This document shows, one piece after another, positions 28,240-39,171 of a stretch of 64,000 nt of DNA. The stretch comes from an uncultured Chloroflexia bacterium (GTDB taxonomy: Bacteria; Chloroflexota; Limnocylindria; Limnocylindrales; CSP1-4): positions 1,408,001 to 1,472,000 of the forward strand of contig CAWFXA010000002.1 in assembly GCA_963819655.1 (NCBI GenBank), in the 5' to 3' direction. The number at the start of each line of letters is the position of its first letter. The stretch's first letter is position 1. Under the pieces are notes generated by a model. That model did not search any database, was not told the origin of the DNA, and was given only the letters and a program-made list of their open reading frames with translations. Position numbers and translations under genes: made by a program.

Positions 28240-29154
28240 ATGCGCCGGCGATCGCTCAGCACCCGGCCGCTCCGGGCGCTAGTCGCCCTTGGACTGCTGA
28301 CCGTCCTCGTCGGCTGTGACGCGACGGCCGGGTCCTTGTCGACGCCCGGGGGGAGCCAGGGGGCGCTTGAATCCAAGGTGCCGACGCCGACCGTCGCGCC
28401 GACACCGCGACTGACCCTGCCGGCAACGCCGGCGGAACCCACAGCGCCACTCCGGCCGTCGGCGACACCGGTCATGCCTGAACCTACCCCCGCACCGACC
28501 GCCCGCCTCGACCCGGCACCCAAGCCCGGCCCGTTTACGATGAACCTGTATCGGCGGGGCGACTTCGCCAGCCAGGTGACGAAGATGTACTGCGTGCCCG
28601 GCGCGATGCAGACGATGATGAACGTCATGGACCGCGGCGCCACGAAGGCGTCGCGAGCCGTCCAGGACCGGCTCTATCGACTCGCCCGCCGCCTGTCGAC
28701 CGATCGATTGCGTGGTCATGGTGCGGAGCCAGAGGGCTGGGCCCGAGGGCTCGAACGGCTCGGCTACGGTCAGTACGAGGTCAAGGTCTCGAACTCGCGC
28801 AAGGGCGCGATCAGGGCGGCGGCACGTGCACTCCGTGAAACCAACCGCCCGGTCGGCCTGCTCGTGTGGCGCGGTGCGCATGCCTGGGTGATGACCGGGT
28901 TCAAGGCCACGGCCGATCCGGCCATGACCGAGTCCTTCAGCGTGACGCACGTCCGCATCGTCGACGTCTGGTATCCGCGCGTCAGCTCGATCTGGGGTGC
29001 GTCGGTCGAGCCGAACACGCTGGTTCCCTTTGACAAGCTCGATGACGACTACCTGCCCTTTAGGCGGCCGCTGATGCGTTACCCGGACAAGGACCGCCGA
29101 TTCGTGATCGTCGCGCCCGTCGCCGACCTCGGTGCGTCCGACCCAATCGGCTAG
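28240..29154 (+). CDS. Lipoprotein with papain-like (C39-like) cysteine peptidase domain
   Basis: Lipobox LVGC, Pro/Thr linker, Q..MYCVPGA, GAHAWVMTGF and VDVW (Cys-His-Asp order). Confidence 0.65.
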   Translation: MRRRSLSTRPLRALVALGLLTVLVGCDATAGSLSTPGGSQGALESKVPTPTVAPTPRLTLPATPAEPTAPLRPSATPVMPEPTPAPTARLDPAPKPGPFTMNLYRRGDFASQVTKMYCVPGAMQTMMNVMDRGATKASRAVQDRLYRLARRLSTDRLRGHGAEPEGWARGLERLGYGQYEVKVSNSRKGAIRAAARALRETNRPVGLLVWRGAHAWVMTGFKATADPAMTESFSVTHVRIVDVWYPRVSSIWGASVEPNTLVPFDKLDDDYLPFRRPLMRYPDKDRRFVIVAPVADLGASDPIG

Positions 29155-29166
29155 ACTCCGCGGGCC

Positions 29167-29778
29167 ATGCCTTCCGCCGACCCCGGCGCACCCTCACTGC
29201 GCCCGGCCGACGTCGAGCGCTGGCTCAGCGACCTGGGTCTAGAGCCAGTCGACCGGGCCGAGCGCGATGGGATCGCCAGCTGGGATCTCGTGCTCGACGG
29301 GCGCCGCCGCTTCGATCTTCGGGTGACGATCATCCTCGACCCGTCGCTGGCCCTCATCTGCTGGGCCCATTTCGCGCCGCCGATCGGCGACATGTTCCGC
29401 AAGTCGTACCGCAAGCTGCTCCGCTGGAATGACGAGTTCCCGTTCGCCAAGTTCGGGATCGGCGAAGACGAGCGGCCGCTGCTGTCGATCGAGCTTCCGA
29501 TCGCGGATGTCGCGGCGGCAGCCACAGCGGACCGGCTGGGCCTTGCCCTCGCACGGATCGTCGGAATCGCCGACCGGTTGCTGGACGAATCGGCGGTCTG
29601 GCTATGGATCGGCGGTCGGATGCCCGATCAGTCGGGCCGGACGCCGCGCAACGCCGCGTTCCTTGCGCGGTACGACGACCGGCTGATGGAGCTCGGGCCC
29701 CCGGAGCTCACGGCCGCAGAGCTCGCGCCCGCGGAGCTCGCGCACGCGCCGCTTGGCGATGGCGAGGTCGTCTCGTGA
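29167..29778 (+). CDS. YbjN/T3SS-chaperone-like domain protein
   Basis: YRKLLRWNDEFPFAKFGI pattern typical of the YbjN-like fold. Confidence 0.6.
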   Translation: MPSADPGAPSLRPADVERWLSDLGLEPVDRAERDGIASWDLVLDGRRRFDLRVTIILDPSLALICWAHFAPPIGDMFRKSYRKLLRWNDEFPFAKFGIGEDERPLLSIELPIADVAAAATADRLGLALARIVGIADRLLDESAVWLWIGGRMPDQSGRTPRNAAFLARYDDRLMELGPPELTAAELAPAELAHAPLGDGEVVS

Positions 29779-31802
29779 GGGCGTGGCGGTCCGGCCGGCC
29801 TGCGGGAATCGTCCTGCTCGCGGCCGTCGCTGTCGCGGCCACCGGGCTGCTGGGCAGCCCCACCGACGTCCGCGCCGCGACCCCGGACCTCACGATCGTC
29901 GGCGCCGCGCGTTACGACGTCCAGCCGGCGCAGCAGCGGATCCGCGTCACCGTCGATCTCACGCTCACGAATCGGCTGCGCGACACGAAGACCAAGAGGT
30001 ACTTCTTCGATCATGCGTTCCTGGCCGTGCTGCCGGGTGGGAGCGGCTATCGGCTGAGCTGGGCGGGCAGTGGCCAGCCGACGGTGTCCGTCGCGCGCAA
30101 GACCAAGACACACACGCTCCTGCGGCTCAACCTCGCACAGGACCTGAACAGCGGCAGGACCGCCGCGTACCGCCTCACGTTCGATCTCAAGGATCCGGGC
30201 GGCCAGCCGACGCGCGACCTGCGCATCGGCAACACGCTCGTGTCGTTCCCGGTGTGGGCATTTGCGAGCGACGAGACCGCGGGCAGCTCGGTCACCGTGG
30301 TCTTCCCCAAAGGCTATGAGATCGCGGTCGAGGCGGGCCGGATCCCCGCGCCGACGACGGCGAGCGACGGTCGGACGATCTTCCGGAGCGGCGTCCTCTC
30401 CAAGCCCCTCGACTTCTTCGCGTACCTCGTCGGCGACCGTCCGGGTGCCTATACCGATTCGACGGTCGAGACCACCGTGCAGGGCCAGCCGGTCGAGGTC
30501 ATCGTCCGCGCGTGGTCCGACGACAAGCCGTGGGCCCGGAAGGTCGGCCGCCTGCTCGCGACCGCGCTCCCGGCGCTGGGCGCCCGGATCGGCCTGCCGT
30601 GGCCCGACTACGACCAGCCGCTGACCGTGCAGGAGGCCGTCAGCCGGTCGACCGGTGGCTATGCCGGCATCTTCGACCCCTCGGCGGGGACGGTCGCCAT
30701 CGCCTACTACGCGGACGACTTCGTCGTGCTGCACGAGGCGGCGCATGCCTGGTTCAACGGCTCGCTGCTCGCCGACCGCTGGGCGAACGAGGCATTCGCC
30801 TCCTATTACGGCGCGGTCGCCGCCGAGGACGCCAGCATCAAGGTCACGACCGACCGCCTGACGCCCGAGCTCGAAAAGGCGAAGATCCCGCTCAACGACT
30901 GGGCCCCGGTCGGAAGCCTCGAGGTGGCGCAGGAGGACTACGCCTACGCGGCGTCATTCACGCTCGCCAAACAGATCGCCGAGCGCGCCGGACCCGACGG
31001 TCTGCGGGCCGTCTGGGGGGACGTGTCGGATCGGCTCAGCGCCTACCAGCCGGTCGGCGGCGGGGACGAGATCGTGGGCGGCCCGGTCGACTGGCGAGGT
31101 CTGCTCGACCTGCTCGAGGCGCGGAGCGACACGACGTACGACGACCTGTGGAGGACGTGGGTGGCACGGCCCGAGGACCTGCCGCTCCTCGACGCGCGGC
31201 TGGGCGCACGGTCCCGGTACGACGCGTTCCTCGGGGTGGTCGGTGAGTGGGACGTCCCGCTGTCGATCCGCGACGCGATGCGCGCCTGGCGTTTCGAGGA
31301 CGCGACCGCGCTCATCGATGGCGCGGAGGACGTGTTGGCCCTCCGCGGCAGGGTGGAGCGGGCGGCGTCGGCGGCCGGGCTGACCGCGCCGGCCTCCCTG
31401 CGGGAGACGTTCGAGGACGACGACGGCTTTGACGACGCGATCGCCGAGGGCGGCGCCGAGCTCGAGGCGATCGATCGCTACGTGGCCGCGGACGCCGAAC
31501 GTCCGGCGGCGGTGTCGCCGCTCATGACCCTCGGGATGTGGAGCCAGCACCCGGACGCCGACCTGGTCGCGGCGCGGGAGGCATTCGCGCGCGGTGAGCT
31601 GGCCGCATCGGTCGCGGCGTCGGACGCAGCTGCCGCGACGTGGGTGACTGCGGAAACGGTCGGGCAGGGCCGGGCGTTCAGCATCGCGACGATCGTGATC
31701 GCGCTGCTGTTCCTGCTCACGCTGCTGGTCGTGACGGTGAGGCGACGGCGACGGCGACACGTCAGGATGCAGGCGACGCGGCTCCGGACCGGACCAGGAT
31801 GA
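29775..31802 (+). CDS. Secreted, C-terminally anchored gluzincin metallopeptidase (M1/MA-like) 1
   Basis: Signal peptide; HEAAHAWF...WANEAFASY; C-terminal TM followed by poly-Arg. Confidence 0.8.
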   Translation: MRAWRSGRPAGIVLLAAVAVAATGLLGSPTDVRAATPDLTIVGAARYDVQPAQQRIRVTVDLTLTNRLRDTKTKRYFFDHAFLAVLPGGSGYRLSWAGSGQPTVSVARKTKTHTLLRLNLAQDLNSGRTAAYRLTFDLKDPGGQPTRDLRIGNTLVSFPVWAFASDETAGSSVTVVFPKGYEIAVEAGRIPAPTTASDGRTIFRSGVLSKPLDFFAYLVGDRPGAYTDSTVETTVQGQPVEVIVRAWSDDKPWARKVGRLLATALPALGARIGLPWPDYDQPLTVQEAVSRSTGGYAGIFDPSAGTVAIAYYADDFVVLHEAAHAWFNGSLLADRWANEAFASYYGAVAAEDASIKVTTDRLTPELEKAKIPLNDWAPVGSLEVAQEDYAYAASFTLAKQIAERAGPDGLRAVWGDVSDRLSAYQPVGGGDEIVGGPVDWRGLLDLLEARSDTTYDDLWRTWVARPEDLPLLDARLGARSRYDAFLGVVGEWDVPLSIRDAMRAWRFEDATALIDGAEDVLALRGRVERAASAAGLTAPASLRETFEDDDGFDDAIAEGGAELEAIDRYVAADAERPAAVSPLMTLGMWSQHPDADLVAAREAFARGELAASVAASDAAAATWVTAETVGQGRAFSIATIVIALLFLLTLLVVTVRRRRRRHVRMQATRLRTGPG

Positions 31803-33949
31803 GGTCCGCGGCGAAGGGCAGTGTCATGACCACGGAACGGGGACGCCGACTCCGACCGTTGACGATCCTCGCAACGGCGGGCCTGATCGCCGTGGTCGCC
31901 TCGTTCGCGTCGCCTGTCGCCGGGACGGTCAACGCAGCCGACGACTTCCTGCGGCTCGGCGCCGACGCCACCTACCGGGTCGATCCGGGCGATCGACTCG
32001 TCCGGGTGCGGATCGATTTCGACGCCACGAACCTGCGGCCGAACACGGTCAGCCGCACGTCGCTCGGCACGACCACCACCCGCTACTACTTCGACCGCAT
32101 CGTCTTCGCCGTCCCGGCCGAGGCGCGGTCCCTCCAGGCGACGTCGGGCGGTGGCACTCTCACGACGAACGTCCGGGCACGCGACCGCTACCGCGAGGTA
32201 ACGGTCCGCTTCGCGAACCTGTTCTACCGGGCGTCGCGCGCGATCCGCGTCGAATTCACGCTGCCCGGCGGCAAGCCGCGCTCGACCAGCGATATCCGGG
32301 TCGGGTCGGCGTTCACCACGTTCACGGCATGGGCGTGGGGAGACGCCGGTCGATCGACCGTCCGGATCATCCTGCCGAGCGGTTTCGACGACGCCGGCTA
32401 CGGGGAGGACATCGTCGAACGCACCCGACCCGACCACGTCGAGATGTCGACCGGCTCGATCCGCCAGCCGGACGCGTGGTATCGCGTCGTCGTCGCGGAT
32501 CGGCCGACGGCCCTGACCGATCTGCGCATCGAGCCTGGTGGGCGGGGCATCGTGGTGAAGGCCTGGCCCGAGGATACCGTCTGGCGCGACCGGGTCGCCG
32601 ACGTGCTCGAGGAGGGGCTGCCTGCGCTCGAGGAGCTGGTCGGGCTGCCGTGGCCCGTGTCGGGCGACCTGTCGGTGAGCGAGGTCCACGCGCCGTTGCT
32701 CCACGGCTACGCCGGGTTCTACGACGCGCGCACCGACGAGATCGCGATGAGCGAGGACCTCGACGACCACACGATCCTGCACGAGGCGTCGCATGCGTGG
32801 TTCAACGAGGACCTCGTCCGCGATCGCTGGATCGATGAGGGCCTGGCCGAGTACTACGCCGACCGCGTCCGTCAGACGCTCGGCCTGTCGAACGAGTCCG
32901 CGCCGACGGTGATCGAGCCCACCGACGCCGGGGCATTCCCCCTGAACGACTGGCCGGATCCCGCCCGCATCGACTCGGAGGAGGCGGATCAGAAGGAACG
33001 TTTCGGGTACGGCGCCGCCTACACCGTGATCCTCCGGATCGCCGAGGACATCGGCGACGACGGGATGAGGGCTGTCCTCGCGGCTGCGAACTCCGGCGAG
33101 AACCCTTATGCCGGCGACGCGGGCGCGGAGAAGACCGGCGCCGATCCCGACTGGCGACGCTTCCTCGACCTCGTCGAGGAGGTCGGTGACACCGACACCG
33201 CCGACGACCTGTTCGGGCGGTGGGTCGTGACGTCGGCGGAACGAGCAACGCTGCGGACGCGCGAAGACGCACGCGACGCCTACGCGGCCCTCGACACGGC
33301 GGGCGCCGAGTGGGCCGTCCCGCGCGGCATCCGGGCGTCCATGAGCCTCTGGCGGTTCACCGATGCGAGCAAGCTGATCGACGAAGCCGAGCCGGTGCTC
33401 GCGCTGCGGGACGACCTGACGGCCGTGACCGCCGAGCTCCAGCTGGCGGTGCCGTCGGATCTCGAGACCCCGTTCGAGGAGGCGCTCGCAAGCGACGATC
33501 TCGGCGAGGTCAGGGCGATGCTCGAGGATCGGATCGAGACCGCGGGAGCGATCGCACAGGCGCATGATGCCCTCGCCGCCGAGCGGACGCCGCTCGTCTC
33601 GCTCGGGCTGGCGGGCGAGACCCCGGATGCCGGCTACAGCGCGGCCCGCAACGCGTTCGAGGCGGGCGACCTCGCGGCCGCGACCACGGCATCCGCGGCG
33701 ACCATGACACTCCTGACTGGAGCGGAATCCGTCGGCACGACGCGAGCGGTGGTCATCGGCGCGGTCGTGGTCGGCCTGTTGCTCCTGTTGACGGTGCTCT
33801 TCGTCGTCAGGCGTCGCCGCCGACGGGTCGCGGTCAGCGCCGTGACGGGGGCATCGTCTACACTCCCGGCCACGCCGGAGCCGGAGACCGCGCGACCCGC
33901 GGTGCCGTCGACACCGGGCGAGACCGCACGAGGAGCCGAGCCGGACTGA
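31799..33949 (+). CDS. Secreted, C-terminally anchored gluzincin metallopeptidase (M1/MA-like) 2
   Basis: Paralogue of the preceding gene; HEASHAWF...WIDEGLAEY; C-terminal TM plus poly-Arg. Start 31799 or 31826. Confidence 0.8.
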   Translation: MRSAAKGSVMTTERGRRLRPLTILATAGLIAVVASFASPVAGTVNAADDFLRLGADATYRVDPGDRLVRVRIDFDATNLRPNTVSRTSLGTTTTRYYFDRIVFAVPAEARSLQATSGGGTLTTNVRARDRYREVTVRFANLFYRASRAIRVEFTLPGGKPRSTSDIRVGSAFTTFTAWAWGDAGRSTVRIILPSGFDDAGYGEDIVERTRPDHVEMSTGSIRQPDAWYRVVVADRPTALTDLRIEPGGRGIVVKAWPEDTVWRDRVADVLEEGLPALEELVGLPWPVSGDLSVSEVHAPLLHGYAGFYDARTDEIAMSEDLDDHTILHEASHAWFNEDLVRDRWIDEGLAEYYADRVRQTLGLSNESAPTVIEPTDAGAFPLNDWPDPARIDSEEADQKERFGYGAAYTVILRIAEDIGDDGMRAVLAAANSGENPYAGDAGAEKTGADPDWRRFLDLVEEVGDTDTADDLFGRWVVTSAERATLRTREDARDAYAALDTAGAEWAVPRGIRASMSLWRFTDASKLIDEAEPVLALRDDLTAVTAELQLAVPSDLETPFEEALASDDLGEVRAMLEDRIETAGAIAQAHDALAAERTPLVSLGLAGETPDAGYSAARNAFEAGDLAAATTASAATMTLLTGAESVGTTRAVVIGAVVVGLLLLLTVLFVVRRRRRRVAVSAVTGASSTLPATPEPETARPAVPSTPGETARGAEPD

Positions 33950-34987
33950 ATGGGCATCCAGCGGGCCCGACCCTCCCACGAGATCCTGTCGGGCGACTCA
34001 GCCGACGTCTACTTCGCGCGGGCGGAGAGCATCCTCGCCGCCGAGGGCCTCGACCCGGTCGTCACGATGGAAGTGTTCACGCGTCGAGAGGCCATCCTGT
34101 GCGGCATCGACGAGGCCAAGAACCTCATCGGCCACGTGCTCGCGGATTGCGATCCCGCGGAGACCACGATCGAAGCGCTGTCGGACGGCGCCCCGATCGG
34201 CCCACGCGAGGTAGTCCTGCGGATCCGGGCGAGGTATCGCCGATTCGGGCTGTACGAGACGGCCCTTCTGGGGATGCTCGCCCAGTCGACCGGGTGGGCG
34301 ACCGCCGCCCGCGAGATCGTCGACATCGCGGCGCCCGAACCGGTCATCAGCTTCGGCGCGCGGCACGTCCATCCGGACATCACCGACGTCCTCGACTACG
34401 CGGCGATCGTCGGTGGCTGTGTCGGCGCCTCGACCCCGGCTGGCGCGCGGCTGGCCGGTCTGGCCCCGACCGGCACGATGCCGCACTCGCTGGTCCTGAT
34501 CTTCGGCGACACCGTCGAAGCGGCGCTCGCCTTCGACCGCCACCTGGGCGAGGACGTTGCCCGGATCGTGCTCGTCGACACGTTCAAGGACGAGGCCGAG
34601 GAGGCACTGCGCGTCGCGCACGCCCTCGGCGACAGGCTGTACGGCATCCGACTCGATACGCCCTCTGAGCGCGGCCGGGTCACGGCCGACCTCGTTCACG
34701 AGGTCCGCGCCCGCCTCGACATGGAGGGCTACCAGCACGTCAAGATCGTCGTGTCGGGCGGGCTCAACCCGGAGCGGATCCGCTATTTCAAGGAGGCCGG
34801 CGCCCCGATCGACTCGTACGCGGTCGGCTCGTTCATCAGTGGCGCCAGTCCGATCGATTTCACCGGCGATATCAAGGAGATCGACGGGCGCCCGATCGCG
34901 AAGCGCGGCCGGATCCCGGGCATCACCGAGTCAGCGCGGCTCCAGCCGGTCGATCTCGCGCCGTATCGCCTGGTCGCGAGCGGTTAG
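33950..34987 (+). CDS. pncB: Nicotinate phosphoribosyltransferase (short type)
   Basis: DVYF, SFGARH, GTMPHS, LVDTF, IRLDTP, VSGGL, KRGR. Confidence 0.88.
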   Translation: MGIQRARPSHEILSGDSADVYFARAESILAAEGLDPVVTMEVFTRREAILCGIDEAKNLIGHVLADCDPAETTIEALSDGAPIGPREVVLRIRARYRRFGLYETALLGMLAQSTGWATAAREIVDIAAPEPVISFGARHVHPDITDVLDYAAIVGGCVGASTPAGARLAGLAPTGTMPHSLVLIFGDTVEAALAFDRHLGEDVARIVLVDTFKDEAEEALRVAHALGDRLYGIRLDTPSERGRVTADLVHEVRARLDMEGYQHVKIVVSGGLNPERIRYFKEAGAPIDSYAVGSFISGASPIDFTGDIKEIDGRPIAKRGRIPGITESARLQPVDLAPYRLVASG

Positions 34988-35037
34988 AACCCGTCCCGGT
35001 CACGACCCGGTTTCGGGGGTCATGCGACCATTCGCCC

Positions 35038-35454
35038 GTGGACGATCAGATCCGCGACGACGAGCCCGAGCGGGAGTCGGCGTACGAGCTGTTCCAACGC
35101 GGCCAGTCCTTGCTGGCCTCGCGTCATCACGCGCAGGCCGCCATCGTCCTCGAGCGGGCGGATCGCCTGGAGCCCGGCAAGGCGTCGATCCTCGAGGCCC
35201 TCGGGCGGGCCTACTTCAACTCCGGCCAGCACGAGCTCGCGCGGACGACCTTCGAGCGCATCCTCGACCTCGACCCGTCCGCGCCGTACGCGCATTTCGC
35301 GCTGGGCCAGAGCCTGAAGAAGCTCGGGCGCCGAAAGAAGGCAGGGACCCATCTGCGGATGGCCGTCGCGCTCAGCCCGGACTCGTCGCTGTACCGGGAC
35401 GCGTTGGCGCGCCTCGGGGCGGACGGGAAACCCAGCCGCCGCAAGCGGCCCTAG
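35038..35454 (+). CDS. Tetratricopeptide repeat protein
   Basis: TPR-like helices (EALGRAYF, YAHFALGQSL). Confidence 0.8.
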   Translation: MDDQIRDDEPERESAYELFQRGQSLLASRHHAQAAIVLERADRLEPGKASILEALGRAYFNSGQHELARTTFERILDLDPSAPYAHFALGQSLKKLGRRKKAGTHLRMAVALSPDSSLYRDALARLGADGKPSRRKRP

Positions 35455-35470
35455 CCGATCGCAAACGGCC

Positions 35471-36099
35471 CTAACCTCCGGGGCGGACCTCGTCGATCAC
35501 GCGCGCCAGCCAGAACAGCCCGACGATCGACTTCGCGTCGCGGATCTCGCCCTGTTCGGCGGCCTTCACGGCATCCCGCCACGGACGCCACTCGAGGATG
35601 AGTCGCTCGTCCTCGTCCGGCCCGAGACGGCCGTCCGCCGACGCTGCCGCGAGGTCGGTGGCGATGTACAGGTGCATCAGCTCGTCCGTGAAGCCCGGCG
35701 CCGAGTAGAACGCCCCGAGCGTGCGCCACGTCCCGGCGCGCAGCCCGGTCTCCTCCTCGAGCTCGCGGCGGGCCGCATGCTCGGGTTCCTCCTTGGAGCC
35801 GTCCGCCGCGAGGTCGAGCCCGCCGGCCGGGATCTCGAGCAGCGCATCGTCGGCGGCCAGCCGCCACTGGCGGACGAGCGCTACGCGACCCTCGGCGTCC
35901 AGCGCGACGATCGCCACCGCGCCCGGGTGGCCGGCGAAGTCGCGCGTGGCACGCGATCCGTCGTTCCGCTCGACCGTGTCGACGCGGAATTCCAGGAACT
36001 TGCCTCGATGGAGCACGCGCCGATCGACGACGCGCTCGCGAAGATCGGCCCCGGAGAGAACCTCCGGGGCCGTGGGCTGCGGTGTGCGTGGATCGTCGG

Positions 36100-36103
<4 letters not shown>
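35471..36103 (-). CDS. NUDIX hydrolase (ADP-ribose pyrophosphatase NudF-like)
   Basis: HPGAVAIV, EIPAG...AARRELEEETG, SAPGFTDE, DAKS. The reading frame extends upstream of GTG 36016 to a CTG at 36103 that overlaps the upstream TGA. Confidence 0.88.
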
Positions 36104-37203
<1,100 letters not shown>

Positions 37204-37353
37204 GGGCGCACTCCTCCGACCTGGTCGCCATCGCGGGTCCATGCATCCCAGTCGCAGAAGCGATGTCGCGCCCGAAGGCGTGACGCGGACGGACCCCGTA
37301 CGTGGCGGCGCAGGGTCTCGCATCGTACACCGGCGTACCATCACCCTACTTCG

Positions 37354-38166
37354 ATGCAGCTCGGGATCGATATCACCCGCCGCACGTTCCTGGTCCACGC
37401 CGGACGCGGGACGATCGCGCTGGCAGTGCTTGGCGTGGCCGGTTGTGGGCCGTCTGCGACCAGCTCCGCGGCGACGCCCGCGGACGAGGGCGAGCCGTCG
37501 AGCGCTGCCAGCCCCGAGGGGACCGGCGTCCGCGCCACGAACCAGCCCGGGAGCTCCGCACCGTCTGCGGCGACCGGCGGCGTGACATGGCACCGCGCCA
37601 ACCTTGGGTTCGTGTCGGCCTACATCCTGGCCCGCGGCGGGGAGGCCGCGATCGTCGACACGGGCGTCACCGGAAGCGAGGGCGCCATCGCCGACTCGCT
37701 GACGGCCGCCGGCCTTGGCTGGGAGGCGGTGGGGCACGTGATCCTGACGCATCGCCACGGCGATCATGCCGGCAGCATCGAGGCGATCATGGGCGCGGCA
37801 CCCGCCGCCGCCGTATACGCCGGCGCCGAGGACATCCCCGCCATCGCTGCGTCACGACCCGTGACGGCCGTCGGTGACGGCGAGAACGTGTTCGGTCTGC
37901 GGATCGTCACGACGCCGGGTCACACGGCCGGGCACATCGCCGTTCTCGACGAGATCGGGCGGATCCTGGTCGCTGGCGATGCTCTCGGCACGACTAGCGG
38001 ATCGCTGGCAGGGTCGAACCCGAGCTTCACGGAAGACGCTGCGGCGGCCAAGGCGTCGATCAGCAAGATGGGCGCCCTCGACTTCGACATCCTGCTGGTC
38101 GGCCACGGCGAACCCATCCTCGAGGGTGCTGCGGCCGAGGTCGCCGCGCTCGCCGCGGCTGGCTGA
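37354..38166 (+). CDS. Tat-exported lipoprotein, metallo-beta-lactamase fold hydrolase
   Basis: TRRTFL twin-arginine signal, VAGC lipobox, THRHGDH, PGHTAGH, GD, GHG. Confidence 0.85.
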   Translation: MQLGIDITRRTFLVHAGRGTIALAVLGVAGCGPSATSSAATPADEGEPSSAASPEGTGVRATNQPGSSAPSAATGGVTWHRANLGFVSAYILARGGEAAIVDTGVTGSEGAIADSLTAAGLGWEAVGHVILTHRHGDHAGSIEAIMGAAPAAAVYAGAEDIPAIAASRPVTAVGDGENVFGLRIVTTPGHTAGHIAVLDEIGRILVAGDALGTTSGSLAGSNPSFTEDAAAAKASISKMGALDFDILLVGHGEPILEGAAAEVAALAAAG

Positions 38167-38176
38167 GGCGACCCGG

Positions 38177-39109
38177 ATGCAGACGAGCCCGGCAGTCCAC
38201 GTCGCGCGCGATCGCTTCCACTTGGCGTGGGATCCCGCGATCCCGGCGATCGAGACTGTCGACAGTGGCGCGGTCATCGAATTCGACATGCTCGATGCGT
38301 CGGGCGGCCAGCTTAGGGCGAGTTCGACGGTCGAGGACCTGGGTCGCCTCGACTTCGACCGCGTCGACCAGGTCAATGGCCCGATCGCGGTGCGCGGTGC
38401 CGCACCCGGCGACACGCTGCAGATCGATCTCCTCGAGTTCGAGCCGGCCGACTGGGGCTGGACCGCGAGCATCCCGGGCTTCGGGCTGCTGGCCGACGAG
38501 TTCCCCGACCCGTACCTGCGGATCACGACGCTGCCGCGAGCCGGCGAGCGTGCCGAGTTCCTGGCCGGTGTCCACGTGCCGATCGTGCCGTTCTGTGGCG
38601 AGGTCGGCGTTGCGCCCGAGACCGGACCGCGCTCCACGATCCCGCCCGACCTCCATGGCGGCAACATGGACACGCGTCACCTGACGGCGGGATCGACGCT
38701 GTTCCTGCCGGTCTTCCACGACGGGGCGCGCCTGTCGATGGGCGATGGGCACGCGGCACAAGGCGACGGCGAGGTGTGCGGCACGGCGATCGAGACGCCG
38801 ATGCGCGCCGTCGTCCGGGTGACGATCCGCAAGGACCTTCACCTGACCGGCCCCGAATTCCTCACAGCAGATGTCGTGGCGACGCCGGCCGGCCGGCGCT
38901 ACGCGACCGACGGCATCGGCCCCGACCTCAACGGCGCGGCCCGCGACGCCGTGCGGCGCATGATCGACTGGCTCGGCCGGGAGCACGACATCGACCCGAT
39001 CGATGCGTATCTGCTGACGAGCGTCGCGGTCGACCTGCGGATCAGCGAGATCGTCGACATGCCGAACGTCGTCGTCACGGCGCACTGCCCGCTGTCGATC
39101 TTCGATTGA
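38177..39109 (+). CDS. Acetamidase/formamidase family protein
   Basis: NGPIAVRGAAPGD, GGNMD, GDGHAAQGDGEVCGTAIE, EIVD.PN. Confidence 0.9.
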   Translation: MQTSPAVHVARDRFHLAWDPAIPAIETVDSGAVIEFDMLDASGGQLRASSTVEDLGRLDFDRVDQVNGPIAVRGAAPGDTLQIDLLEFEPADWGWTASIPGFGLLADEFPDPYLRITTLPRAGERAEFLAGVHVPIVPFCGEVGVAPETGPRSTIPPDLHGGNMDTRHLTAGSTLFLPVFHDGARLSMGDGHAAQGDGEVCGTAIETPMRAVVRVTIRKDLHLTGPEFLTADVVATPAGRRYATDGIGPDLNGAARDAVRRMIDWLGREHDIDPIDAYLLTSVAVDLRISEIVDMPNVVVTAHCPLSIFD

Positions 39110-39112
39110 GGT

Positions 39113-39134
39113 GGCGGCCGCCGAAGCGGCCGCC
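39113..39134. terminator. GC-rich hairpin between convergent genes
   Basis: GGCGGCCGC-CGAA-GCGGCCGCC; no U tract. Confidence 0.45.
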
Positions 39135-39171
39135 GAGTCTTCCCGTGGTTGGGGCGTTTCGTTATCCGGCG

